From Candidatus Latescibacterota bacterium (GTDB lineage: Bacteria; Latescibacterota; UBA2968; UBA8231), in contig OY730476.1 of NCBI GenBank assembly GCA_963422735.1, positions 3,808,001-3,872,000 on the forward strand: a DNA stretch of 64,000 nucleotides. The letters are read 5' to 3'. The notes beneath the pieces are model-generated. The model was not told the DNA's origin. It made no database searches and was given only the letters and a program-made list of their open reading frames with translations. Both the position numbers and the translations under genes were made by a program. Below are positions 49,253-58,287 of this stretch, piece after piece; the first letter of the stretch is position 1, and each line of letters begins with the position of its first letter.

Positions 49253-50889
49253 TCAGCCGGAGGAAGGAGGTTCTTCCACTTGGTGGATCTGGTCAATGGG
49301 CACTTGTACGAGCGTCTGCACGATCCCGCTGGGCCAGCTAATTTGGACGCGATCCACCTGTTCCCGCTGACCCAAGCCGAAGTACACCCGCAGATCATTT
49401 TGCGAAAGATAGCTGCTGCCGCTGCGCACCTCCTCGACCTGCACCAAATCGCCGCTTACCACCCGGATCACCGCCCCGATTCCGTCCCGGTTACTGACTC
49501 GGCCTACGGTCTTAAATGCGATCCAGTGGTTGCGATGGTCGCCATCGTTGCGCAGCAAAAACGCCGCTGGTTGTTGTTGGAGACAAAAGCGTCCAAGTCG
49601 CCGTCGTTGTCGTAATCGGCAAAGGCCGCGCCCCGGCCGACTCCGCGCAGGGCCGTAGCCTGCACCAGCGCAAACCGCCCGGCCCCGTCGTTGGCAAAGA
49701 GTTGGTCCGACTGCAGATAAGACGCGGCTTGGTCAAACGCCTGCACTTGTGGATGTACGTGGCCATTAGCCAGATAGAGGTCTAGGTCGCCGTCGTTGTC
49801 GTAGTCGAAAAAATCCGTGCCAAACGTCAAGGTCGAAAGCGTAGGCTCACCCAACCCCGACGGAAAGCTCATATCGGCAAATGTGCCGTTGCCCTCGTTG
49901 CGATAGAGGCGGCAGCTTTCCCACTGGAAATTGCAGACCACGATATCTAGGTCGCCGTCCCGGTCGCAGTCGCCAAAGTCCGTGCCCATGCCGGCCTCGG
50001 GGCGAGCGCTCTCGCTGAGTGCCACCCCCGCGCTCAATCCCACTTCGGCGAACCGCGCCGCGCCGTCGTTGCGGAAGAGGAAATTGGCCTTCATGTCGTT
50101 GGCCACATACAGGTCCGCATCGCCGTCGCTGTCGTAGTCGCCAAAGACTACGCCCAACTGGCGGCCAGCTTCGCTGTACACGCCGGCTGGCCGGGTAATA
50201 TCGGCGAATTTTCCGCCCCGATCGTTGCGGAAGAGGATGCCGGACTCTCCTTTGTACTGAGTGGGGGCGCAATAGACCGGGATAGTCCCTTGGCGACACC
50301 CTTCGTCATGCGCTAGGTCAACCGAGACGTTGTTGGCAACATAGAGGTCCAGATCGCCGTCGTTGTCGATATCGGCAAACGCCGCGCTGGTGCTCAGGCG
50401 GGGGTCGCCGACCCCGGCGTCGGCAGTCTGATCGGCAAAGGTGCCGTCGCCCTGATTGCGATATAGGACGTTGGGACCGAAGTTGGTCACGTACAGATCG
50501 ATGTGCCCGTCGTTGTCGATATCCCCGGCGCAACTGCCCATGCCATAGCCCGGATGGCCCGTCTTCGTGTGCGCTGTTGCATCCGCGAAGGTGCCGTCGC
50601 CCCGGTTGTGATAGAGCGCGTTGGTGGGGACACCCTCGGCGACAAAACCCGGCAGCGGTGCGCCGTTGACCGCATAGAGGTCCTGATTGCCGTCGCTGTC
50701 GTAGTCGAGGAAGGCCGCGCCCGACCCATAGGTTTCCACATAGTAGTAGCGCCCGCTCGCTCCATTCTGATGGTGGAATTCAATGCCCGCCTCCACCTCT
50801 ACAAACGCTGGTCCGATCTCCGGGTCCGCTGGTCCGCATCCCGCACTGCCTACGACGAGCAGCGTCCACAAAGACAAAACCGCGGCCAC
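49253..50889 (-). pseudogene. CRTAC1/ASPIC-UnbV family FG-GAP lipoprotein with one frameshift near 49560
   Basis: Repeated DxDxDGxxDL motifs in 49504..50889; the ASPIC/UnbV domain (SNRDGIGA...SYLSQ...FGLG...WPSG) is in another frame at 49253..49558. Could be a single-base sequencing error. Confidence 0.8.
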
Positions 50890-50940
50890 GAGCTAGCCGT
50901 AAGCGGGGGAGTTGAGATAAGCGTGGGGTGATGGCATGGG

Positions 50941-52614
50941 CTAGTCGGTGCTGGCGTCTAGTTTGCCCAACTCCTCTTCAAACACCACAACCTTATCGGC
51001 GTACTGATCCCTGAGCCGGGCGAACAAGGCGTCGAAGAGGGTCTTTTCTTGCTGCTTCTGCACCCACCATCGCGCCCGCGAGGCCGCTTGTGCAAAGGGC
51101 GTGGGACGGGGGGGAATGCGCTCCTGCACCTCGAAGATCGAATAGCCCTCGTCGAGGGCCACCGGGCCAGTGAGCACTCCTACCGGCGCGGCGACCACCG
51201 AGTCGTAGAGGGCGCCGAAAACTCGCCGCTCGGAGGGATGATTGTGGATGTGGTATTGCCCGCCCTCGGCATCTGTGCGGAGTGTGTGGCGGACGGCCAG
51301 CGTTTCTAGGTGTTCGCCAGCGCGGATCCGCTGCAAGAGCTGCTCGGCCTCGGCGCGGGTCGCCACCAGCACCTCCGCCACCCGAATCTCTTCCAGTTCC
51401 ATGAACATGTGCGGATGATCGTCGTAGTACTGGCGGGCCATGGCACTATCGACTTCGGCCCGCTGCACGACTTCCTCTCTGCGGAGGGCTTCGAGCAGCA
51501 GTGATTTTTCCTTTTCTTGTAACCAGGCAGCTATCGTCGAATCCTGATTTAAGCCTTCCTGCAAGGCCGCTTGATAGGCAAGGATCCGCGGCAAGAGGTC
51601 CCGGTGGACGAACTCGGCAATCCCGCTGCTGTCGAAGGAGACCGAGCGGATGAACCAATAGGCGTTATAGGTTTCGGCAAAATCCCGCAGCGTTACCTGC
51701 CCGCCCTTGAAGCGACAGAGGATCACTTCCTGCTCTTCGGGCCCCAACAGCATCCCCCGGCCGTCGGACTGGGCCATCCGATCGACCAGCAACCGGATCG
51801 CCTCGCCATCTAGCTGTGCGTTTAGTCGGTCTTTGAGCTGTGCGGTCAGCTCCTTCCAGCGGGCGCGAAACTCCTTCCAGTACTGCTCTCGCAAGAAGGC
51901 CGCTCGATAGTGTGCAGGTGCTGGGCCTTGGGACAGCACCTTAAAAATCTCGTAGTGTTCCCCCACGAGTAAGGGCTGGCTCAAGTCCCCAACCTGTAGG
52001 TCGAATACCTGCTCCCCCACTTCTAGGGGCAGGCCCATCTCCTCCAAGTTGCCGCGCCCGTACCAAGCATCGAGTACCCCGCCGTGGGCGGCTGTCGGCG
52101 CGATAGAATACCCGCGGGCCACCTCGGCAAAATCCCGCCCCTGCTCCAAGTCGCGCATGGCCTTTTGGGCTTCTGCCGCGCTAGCGGTGCGGATATGGGC
52201 CAAGCGCAACATCCGATTCCACTTGCTCGTCGCAAAACCCTGACGCGTGCTTTCTACTGCGAGATCTACATCCGCGAGGATGGTCCGCACGGCGTACTCG
52301 TCAACCAGTTTCTTGCGCTGTTCCCGCTCCCATTGGCGCACGAACTCCACGGTCTGATCCAGCCGCCGCTCCCGTGCGTTGATGAGCATCAGCTTCATGT
52401 CGATCATCGTCTGCAAGTAAAAGCGCCACGCCTTGGGCCCCGCTTCGGAGTCGCGGTAGTTGGCGGTGGACTCTTCCCGGAACTGGCGCAATGCTGCGAG
52501 CTCGATCTCTTCGTCGCCTACCTTAGCGACCACGTCACGGCTTGCCTTGGGTTCACAGCCACTCCACCACAGCACCGCGAGTGCGACTCCCACAACGGCC
52601 CGAGCCAGCACCAT
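50941..52614 (-). CDS. PpiC-type foldase lipoprotein; paralog of 915..2591
   Basis: Lipobox WSGC; LRLAHI...GRDFAEVARGYS...GG; a second parvulin domain IRVAEVLV...LAVRHT. Confidence 0.85.
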   Translation of the reverse strand: MVLARAVVGVALAVLWWSGCEPKASRDVVAKVGDEEIELAALRQFREESTANYRDSEAGPKAWRFYLQTMIDMKLMLINARERRLDQTVEFVRQWEREQRKKLVDEYAVRTILADVDLAVESTRQGFATSKWNRMLRLAHIRTASAAEAQKAMRDLEQGRDFAEVARGYSIAPTAAHGGVLDAWYGRGNLEEMGLPLEVGEQVFDLQVGDLSQPLLVGEHYEIFKVLSQGPAPAHYRAAFLREQYWKEFRARWKELTAQLKDRLNAQLDGEAIRLLVDRMAQSDGRGMLLGPEEQEVILCRFKGGQVTLRDFAETYNAYWFIRSVSFDSSGIAEFVHRDLLPRILAYQAALQEGLNQDSTIAAWLQEKEKSLLLEALRREEVVQRAEVDSAMARQYYDDHPHMFMELEEIRVAEVLVATRAEAEQLLQRIRAGEHLETLAVRHTLRTDAEGGQYHIHNHPSERRVFGALYDSVVAAPVGVLTGPVALDEGYSIFEVQERIPPRPTPFAQAASRARWWVQKQQEKTLFDALFARLRDQYADKVVVFEEELGKLDASTD

Positions 52615-53387
52615 TAGAGTTCCTCGTTGCGGCGGTGCTTGGCCAAGTACACTTCGCGCGTAAATGGATAGGTGATACCTATGGTCTCCACTGGCTGATC
52701 TCGGTAGTCGAAGCGCAGCACCATCTCCGCGATTCGCACTTCAAACGCTTCGACATCATTCGCCAGCGGGGCGAAGGCGATGAAACCTTCGCGCTCTTGG
52801 CCGCTGAAGATCATTTCGTCTTCTGGGTACAAGGTGCGGAGCAGCAGGTCGCGCCGCTCGCGGAAGGGGAGGAAGGTATTGCCCGCATAGCCTATGGCAT
52901 ACGGGGCGAAGTACTCGTCTAGCGCCAGCCGGGTGAAGGCTTGGTAGTGCCGGCCATTGGCACTGGCGATCTCTATGGCGTAGGGATTGAGCCACACCTT
53001 GGGGTACGCGTAGTTTTTGACCTTGAGCAGAAAGACCGTAAAGCGGGTGGGATGGTCCTCTTCCCACCCCGGCTTCCAGTCGCCATAGGTGTAGGGATTG
53101 ACCGGCGCGAGATAGGGGTTGGGTTCGCGAAAGCCCTCCGGCCGCTGCGAGTGGCTGCTTAGTTGCCGGTTGAGCATGGCTACGGTCAGCGGCAACAAAC
53201 TCACCTCCAAGCGATTTTTGACGAAGGTGATGCTGCGGTCGTCGCGGACGACGAAATCCGTCGCCGACAAATCAGCGGCCGGTAATATGGGGCCGGCAAA
53301 GTGGCGATAGCCCAATTTGTGCCCGCATCCTCCGGCGAGCAGCGCGGCGCACAGCAGGGCGAATAAGCGGTGAGACGAGGTAGGCAT
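52614..53387 (-). CDS. Lipoprotein of unknown function
   Basis: ATG at 53387 after AAGGA; lipobox AGGC; NPYTYGDW and YPKV motifs; overlaps the foldase start. Confidence 0.75.
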   Translation of the reverse strand: MPTSSHRLFALLCAALLAGGCGHKLGYRHFAGPILPAADLSATDFVVRDDRSITFVKNRLEVSLLPLTVAMLNRQLSSHSQRPEGFREPNPYLAPVNPYTYGDWKPGWEEDHPTRFTVFLLKVKNYAYPKVWLNPYAIEIASANGRHYQAFTRLALDEYFAPYAIGYAGNTFLPFRERRDLLLRTLYPEDEMIFSGQEREGFIAFAPLANDVEAFEVRIAEMVLRFDYRDQPVETIGITYPFTREVYLAKHRRNEEL

Positions 53388-53489
53388 AGCTAGGCTTTCC
53401 TTATAAGATGCTGTTTGACGGTCACTGAGTACCGGCAAGCCTGCTTGGCACCGACGGCCGAACAGGTCATACTCGTTCTTGGGAACTTG

Positions 53490-53771
53490 CTAAGTACTCG
53501 AAACAACTAAGCTACGCTCCTTGGCAGTGCTGTTTAAATCGTAGGTTGACTGCATGTTCATCCAGAGCTTCGCCGACGTTCCGAGGGTCTCGGCAAGATC
53601 GAGTGCGGCATCGGCAGTTACGCCTTGCTCGCCTTGAATGAACGCATTGAGCCGCGCCCTGGTCCAGCCGATTTTCTCCGCAAATGCCGTTTGGTCCATA
53701 CCCATAGGTTCGAGAAACTCCTCGAGAAGCATCTCGCCTGGATGGAAGGTATTCTTCGGTTGTTGTTCCAT
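53490..53771 (-). CDS. higA: HigA-family antitoxin (XRE HTH)
   Basis: HPGEMLLEEFLEPMG, VTAD.AL.L, WMNMQ..YDL. Confidence 0.92.
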   Translation of the reverse strand: MEQQPKNTFHPGEMLLEEFLEPMGMDQTAFAEKIGWTRARLNAFIQGEQGVTADAALDLAETLGTSAKLWMNMQSTYDLNSTAKERSLVVSST

Positions 53772-53785
53772 TGTCCATACCTGTG

Positions 53786-54043
53786 TCAGTGATAGTTGAT
53801 AATCCGTACTTCATACGACTGCCCGCCACTCCATCGAAAGACTAACCGCCACTGATCGTTGATCCTGACGGAGTGAAAGCCCTCCCACTCTCCTCTTAGC
53901 CGTTCCAACCTGTTCCCCGGCGGTAGATAGAGAAGTTTTCGCCTAGCTGTTCGATGAAGCCCGGTAGCAAGTGAACGGGTCGCTTTGGTCCTCCTGTCGT
54001 AGAACAGATCCTCCGCCAAGTCATGGCCAAATGTCTGAATCAT
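53786..54043 (-). CDS. higB: HigB-family toxin, apparently with an internal in-frame deletion
   Basis: MIQTF, PPGNRLERL.G, HSVRINDQWRL.F.W and I.NYH are present; the segment normally found between RKL..L and PPGN is missing. Confidence 0.8.
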   Translation of the reverse strand: MIQTFGHDLAEDLFYDRRTKATRSLATGLHRTARRKLLYLPPGNRLERLRGEWEGFHSVRINDQWRLVFRWSGGQSYEVRIINYH

Positions 54044-54221
54044 TTTCCACTGCTAGGCTGGCCTCTCTCGGCTCTGACTTCCAAACACAGTCGGATGGCT
54101 TCTCTAATGTTGTCAACGGCTTCTTCTTTTGTTTGTTCTTGACTCACACGCCCGGTATAGACGAGCATTCGGTAATCCAAACTCCATCTTCGTCTCGAGC
54201 AAAGGTAATCGTGAATTGCAT
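54040..54221 (-). pseudogene. HicB-like antitoxin, frameshifted
   Basis: MQFTITFARDEDGVWITECSSIPG, then SQEQTKEEAVDNIREAIRLCLE in another frame. Confidence 0.8.
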
Positions 54222-54250
54222 GGCGTTGTTTCTCCAAGGATTTGAAACTT

Positions 54251-54530
54251 TTACGCGCTACTAGAACCGAAGTAGTCCGCAACATGGAGTTCGTCGTTAA
54301 TAGCGCACTTGTCGGCATCCCATAAAATTGTCGTGCGGCTTTGATCAAGCTCGTACTTTTCGCGTTCATCGGGCGATGCGTAAATTGTAGAGGTACAGAG
54401 AGAATGCGCCCATCCGTTAATTCGATATGAATATGCACATCGTCAAAGCGCACGTGGCGAACAGAGATTTCTTGAGGAAAGGTATATGCAGAAACTGGAT
54501 ATGAAATCTCATATTTTTTACTTTGATTCG
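54251..54530 (-). pseudogene. DUF2442-like antitoxin remnant
   Basis: VRFDD..I.IELTDGRILSVPL, then ASPDEREKYEL...ILW...DELHV in another frame; no start codon. Confidence 0.75.
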
Positions 54531-54534
54531 TTCT

Positions 54535-54796
54535 TCAGTTTGCTCTGCCTCTGTATTCATGCCACGCTTCCAATAAATGTGCTTGGTTTTGCTCAATAAT
54601 CTTCAGTGCTCGGTTTAATTCATGCGGTCTCAGTACGCGGCTAGAACGTGCGATCTGGATAGTGGGTTCGATCCATATTTTGGCATCATTGCGATCCTTT
54701 TGTATCCCCTTTCCCACATGCTCGATTTTCGTGAAGTGCATCAAAACTATGAAACCAAAAAATGAGACTGCCTTCTCTGAGAATCCGGGGGCTCAT
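54535..54796 (-). pseudogene. DUF4160-like toxin remnant
   Basis: MSPRILREGSLIFWFHSFD...ENRA, a frameshift, then AKIWIEP...IIEQNQAHLLEAWHEY. Confidence 0.75.
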
Positions 54797-55007
54797 CTAA
54801 CCCACGATCAAGGATATGCCGGTCAAAATGAAAAACGCTCTCATGCTACTTGCCGCAAGCTGCAAAAGTCGGTTTTGATACAATACCCAATGTTTCTTAC
54901 TATGGTAAAATTCGACGCCCGAGCGTCAAGCCTGATTAATCCAGCTTAGTGGTTCTCGCCGTGCTCAACGGTCTAAGCCGCCCCATGCTGAAGATGCACA
55001 CTGCGCT

Positions 55008-57014
55008 CTAGTACGCCACAGCGACGGGCTGCAACCGCACCTCGAGCCCCTTATCCGTTTCCACTTCCACCCGAACCAAGTAGGTGCCGGGCGGGACTCG
55101 CCGACCGGCGCGGTCGCGGCCATCCCAAGGTATGGCGTGGCGGCCCGCGTCTTGGATGGCGGGCGGTGCTTGCCACACGGATCGCCCGTTGAGCCTGTAC
55201 ACGCCGACTTGCACTTGCGACGCCTGCCGCACCCGGAAGAGGGTGTATTGTATGGGCAACAGGTCGTTTACGCCGTCGCCTTGGGGGGTAAACGCGCCGC
55301 TACCCGCCGCGATGTCTCCCAGCACCCCGCCCGTAGAAGTGGCAGAGGCTACGACGAGCAACTGGTTGGAGCCTAACTCCGCGCTGACATCCCCTCCTTC
55401 GACGCGCTGCACCAAGCTCGGCTCGTGGCGATTGAAGATCTCGCCGCCAAATTCGCCGGCCTCGCCGTACAGCACGGCTTCGAGGCCGATGCGTAGCCGC
55501 TGATCGCCGCTTGGGTGCAAGGGGCGAGGCAAGAACAGCACAAAGCCGCTTTCTTCGCGTAGCAGGCTGTCCGGCTCTACAGCACTGAGCGGGTCGCCCA
55601 TCTCCAGATAGCGAAACGTGGCTTCAGCCGGTGCCGAGATGCGTACGGCGTCGCAGCCGATGCGGTCCGCGCTGGCAAATTCCACGCCTAGGTCGTATAT
55701 GAACGGGGTTTTCGCGCCCGCTGGCACGCGCACTTGTCCGCCTTGGGGGTGGGGTTCCTCGGCGAGGACGATCTCGCCCACGACTCGGTCGGCTAGCAGG
55801 GGTGCGATCTCGATTTGTAGGGAATCGAGGCGGGCAAATTCCCACAGCGCGTCCGTTGCTAGCTGTACGCGCAATTGGAAATACCGGCCCCACGGCAGGC
55901 GCGGGTGCTGGCTCGAGCCTGCCAACGGCAGCGACCAGAAGCTCCAGTTTTGCAAGTCTTCGGCCACCGGTCCGCGAAAGCCGACCGCCACGGTCGAGCC
56001 GTGTGCCTCTAGAGGCGTCAGCCGATCCCACTGTTTCTTGGTTACCTCCACGTGGGCGCCCAGATCGTCAAAGCCGAAATAAGCCGTTGGGCTGTCGTCG
56101 CGCCCGGTGCGGATTTCCACCTGAGCGCGCACCGGCCCGTCGGACGGCAGGAGTTGCTCTCCGTCCTTGCTCCATTTGCTCACCCCCAAGCGCACCTGCC
56201 CGAAATTGACCTCCCGCCCCAAGTCGATGATCTGCGACTCATAGGTCGCCTGCGGAGCAAAACCCCGGCCGTAGATCTCCATTTCGGCAAAGGCCGAGCG
56301 CGTGACGATGGGGTCGCCGTACAGAGTAAACCCGTCGGGGATGGCAATTAAGCGGAAGAAGCGGAGATATTGCGTGGGAAACACAATCTCGGTCACCGAG
56401 TCGGTGTTGCGCTCCTCGTAGCCGAGGGGGATGGCCAGCGGACAGCACGGCCCCTCGCCCTGCCAGACAAACCCGCGCTCTAGTTCCTCTTGCAGAATGC
56501 CAGCCTCGGCTTTGTCGGCGGTCAAACTATAGGACTTGAGGATATAATTGGGCCGGAAGGGTTCGTCGCTTTCGGGGCTGACGCCTTCGGGCGGAAAGAA
56601 GACGAAGCGCTCTACCGGCACTTGGGTGCCCAAGTCTATGGTATAGAAAATTTGCTCCTCGTCTCGCCGCTCCACGTACGTGGTCGGGTCCCCATCGACG
56701 AAGAGAAAAATTTCCGTGGCTTTGTATAGGGTGTTGTGGTTGATGTTCGTCCAGAAGCGCGGATGGCCGGGGCGGAATTTCGGGTCGGTGGGAAAGCGCC
56801 AGCGCTGCCAAGGGCCGAGCTGCGGCAAGATGTTTTCGCTCGGCTTGAGTTCAAAAGGCTGGAGTGAGTGGGAAGTGTCGTCTATCATTAGGCTGAAGTC
56901 CGCCACATCCACCGGCGCGACGCCGCCCTGCCCGCCGAACTGCCACCACTCTTGCGCCGCCCCGGGACTACAAGTGACCGCGAGCACAACACAGGCTGAA
57001 ATTGCGCCTCTCAC
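55008..57014 (-). CDS. Secreted protein with a discoidin-like domain and a C-terminal FlgD Ig-like domain
   Basis: GTG at 57014 after GGAGG gives a signal peptide; VDGDP.T, IDLG, AEMEIYG; C-terminal FTPQGDGVND, VYRLNGR, WDGRD..G..VPPGTY. Confidence 0.8.
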   Translation of the reverse strand: MRGAISACVVLAVTCSPGAAQEWWQFGGQGGVAPVDVADFSLMIDDTSHSLQPFELKPSENILPQLGPWQRWRFPTDPKFRPGHPRFWTNINHNTLYKATEIFLFVDGDPTTYVERRDEEQIFYTIDLGTQVPVERFVFFPPEGVSPESDEPFRPNYILKSYSLTADKAEAGILQEELERGFVWQGEGPCCPLAIPLGYEERNTDSVTEIVFPTQYLRFFRLIAIPDGFTLYGDPIVTRSAFAEMEIYGRGFAPQATYESQIIDLGREVNFGQVRLGVSKWSKDGEQLLPSDGPVRAQVEIRTGRDDSPTAYFGFDDLGAHVEVTKKQWDRLTPLEAHGSTVAVGFRGPVAEDLQNWSFWSLPLAGSSQHPRLPWGRYFQLRVQLATDALWEFARLDSLQIEIAPLLADRVVGEIVLAEEPHPQGGQVRVPAGAKTPFIYDLGVEFASADRIGCDAVRISAPAEATFRYLEMGDPLSAVEPDSLLREESGFVLFLPRPLHPSGDQRLRIGLEAVLYGEAGEFGGEIFNRHEPSLVQRVEGGDVSAELGSNQLLVVASATSTGGVLGDIAAGSGAFTPQGDGVNDLLPIQYTLFRVRQASQVQVGVYRLNGRSVWQAPPAIQDAGRHAIPWDGRDRAGRRVPPGTYLVRVEVETDKGLEVRLQPVAVAY

Positions 57015-57093
57015 CAGCCAGCCTCCGCAAGAAAAATGCCCGAGGGGAAGGGCCGCATGCGATCCTTCCCTCGGGACAGGTACTGCTGAGCTG

Positions 57094-58005
57094 CTACTTG
57101 AGGCGTTGGGACATGCTGTTTTTGATGTGGCCCCAAGTGTCGTTTTCCACGTTAGTCTCCACCGCCGCCAGTGCCCAGAAGTCGGGCATTTGCGAAGCGT
57201 CGACGTCCTGCGACTGGCTACCGTCGTTGATGTACATGGAGTGCTTGCGTCCACCGCCGGGGCGGTCGGCGTCGAGCGGGCGATAGCCGAGGTGAATCAC
57301 GTCGTCCTCGGCGAACACGTGCCGCACGCTCTCGGCCTCGCTTAGGCCCCAGATGTCCCACAGGGCACCCCGCCACTCGTAGGTGTACGTAACCGGGCCA
57401 ACCGTCAGGTTCTCGGCACCCGCTGGCAGGACGGTCCACGCAGCCTCGAAAAACTCCGGCTCCACGCCCCAAAGCAGCTCTTGGGAGTCGATAAACTCTA
57501 GCTGGCTGTAGAAGAAGCAGGTCTGATTGGGCAACAGGGACTCGCCGGCCGGCGGGAAGATGCGCACGTGCCAGCGCTGGCCATTGGCGATCTGTTCGAG
57601 ATTGTCGCCCTTGATATTCCCGCCGAGGTGATCGGCGTCAACGGTTATCTGCAAGCAGTCGTCTTTCCACCACTCCTTGACGGGCGAATCGTACTTGAGG
57701 GTGTCATCGACAAAGCGCGCAAAGCCGTACCACTTGTTGTCTGGTGGTGCAGACCAACCGTTGAGGATGGTGAAATCGTAATCCGACAACTCGACGAAAT
57801 CACTGGCTCGGTCGAAGAAATCGGGCTGATTGAGGGCGAGGGCCGGGTCGTACCAACCCCAGTCGTCATCGTTGCCGTCGATGGTGATGGCCGCCGGATC
57901 GGGCACTTGGGGATAGAACACGGTTACGCCTACGTGGGCAAAAGCGGCCGTGCTCAAAAGGCACGCCAGCCCGCAAGACAAGGCGAAAAAGCCGAACTTT
58001 CTCAT
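57094..58005 (-). CDS. Secreted CBM9/DOMON-like protein with a C-terminal TWGxIK motif
   Basis: AAGGAG RBS, signal peptide AFA-H, ITIDGNDDDW, ends TNVENDTWGHIKNSMSQRLK. Confidence 0.8.
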   Translation of the reverse strand: MRKFGFFALSCGLACLLSTAAFAHVGVTVFYPQVPDPAAITIDGNDDDWGWYDPALALNQPDFFDRASDFVELSDYDFTILNGWSAPPDNKWYGFARFVDDTLKYDSPVKEWWKDDCLQITVDADHLGGNIKGDNLEQIANGQRWHVRIFPPAGESLLPNQTCFFYSQLEFIDSQELLWGVEPEFFEAAWTVLPAGAENLTVGPVTYTYEWRGALWDIWGLSEAESVRHVFAEDDVIHLGYRPLDADRPGGGRKHSMYINDGSQSQDVDASQMPDFWALAAVETNVENDTWGHIKNSMSQRLK

Positions 58006-58287
58006 TTATACGCTCCTTGATTGAAAGAGATAAGGAAAGAAAAAAGGATGTGGAAAGTGTCGTTCAGCACGCTGCACAACCTCCTTTCGGATAAAATGCT
58101 GCTGAGGTGATTTAACATTATAAACAAAAAAACACAGGCAATACAAACAAATTTGCGGCAAGGGAATTCCATTTTTTGCGGGCGCGACAGCGCGATTCTG
58201 ACTTGGTATTCATTGGGAACGGGGCGTATATTGTCAGCCGATGACGCTCGCCGCCTAGGCGGGCTTCCCCTCATTAGGAGATGGATC

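Noticed and set aside
57015-57254. N-terminal 80 aa of the 748-aa ORF
   Set aside because: It overlaps the upstream gene on the same strand; the GTG at 57014 has an RBS and yields a signal peptide.
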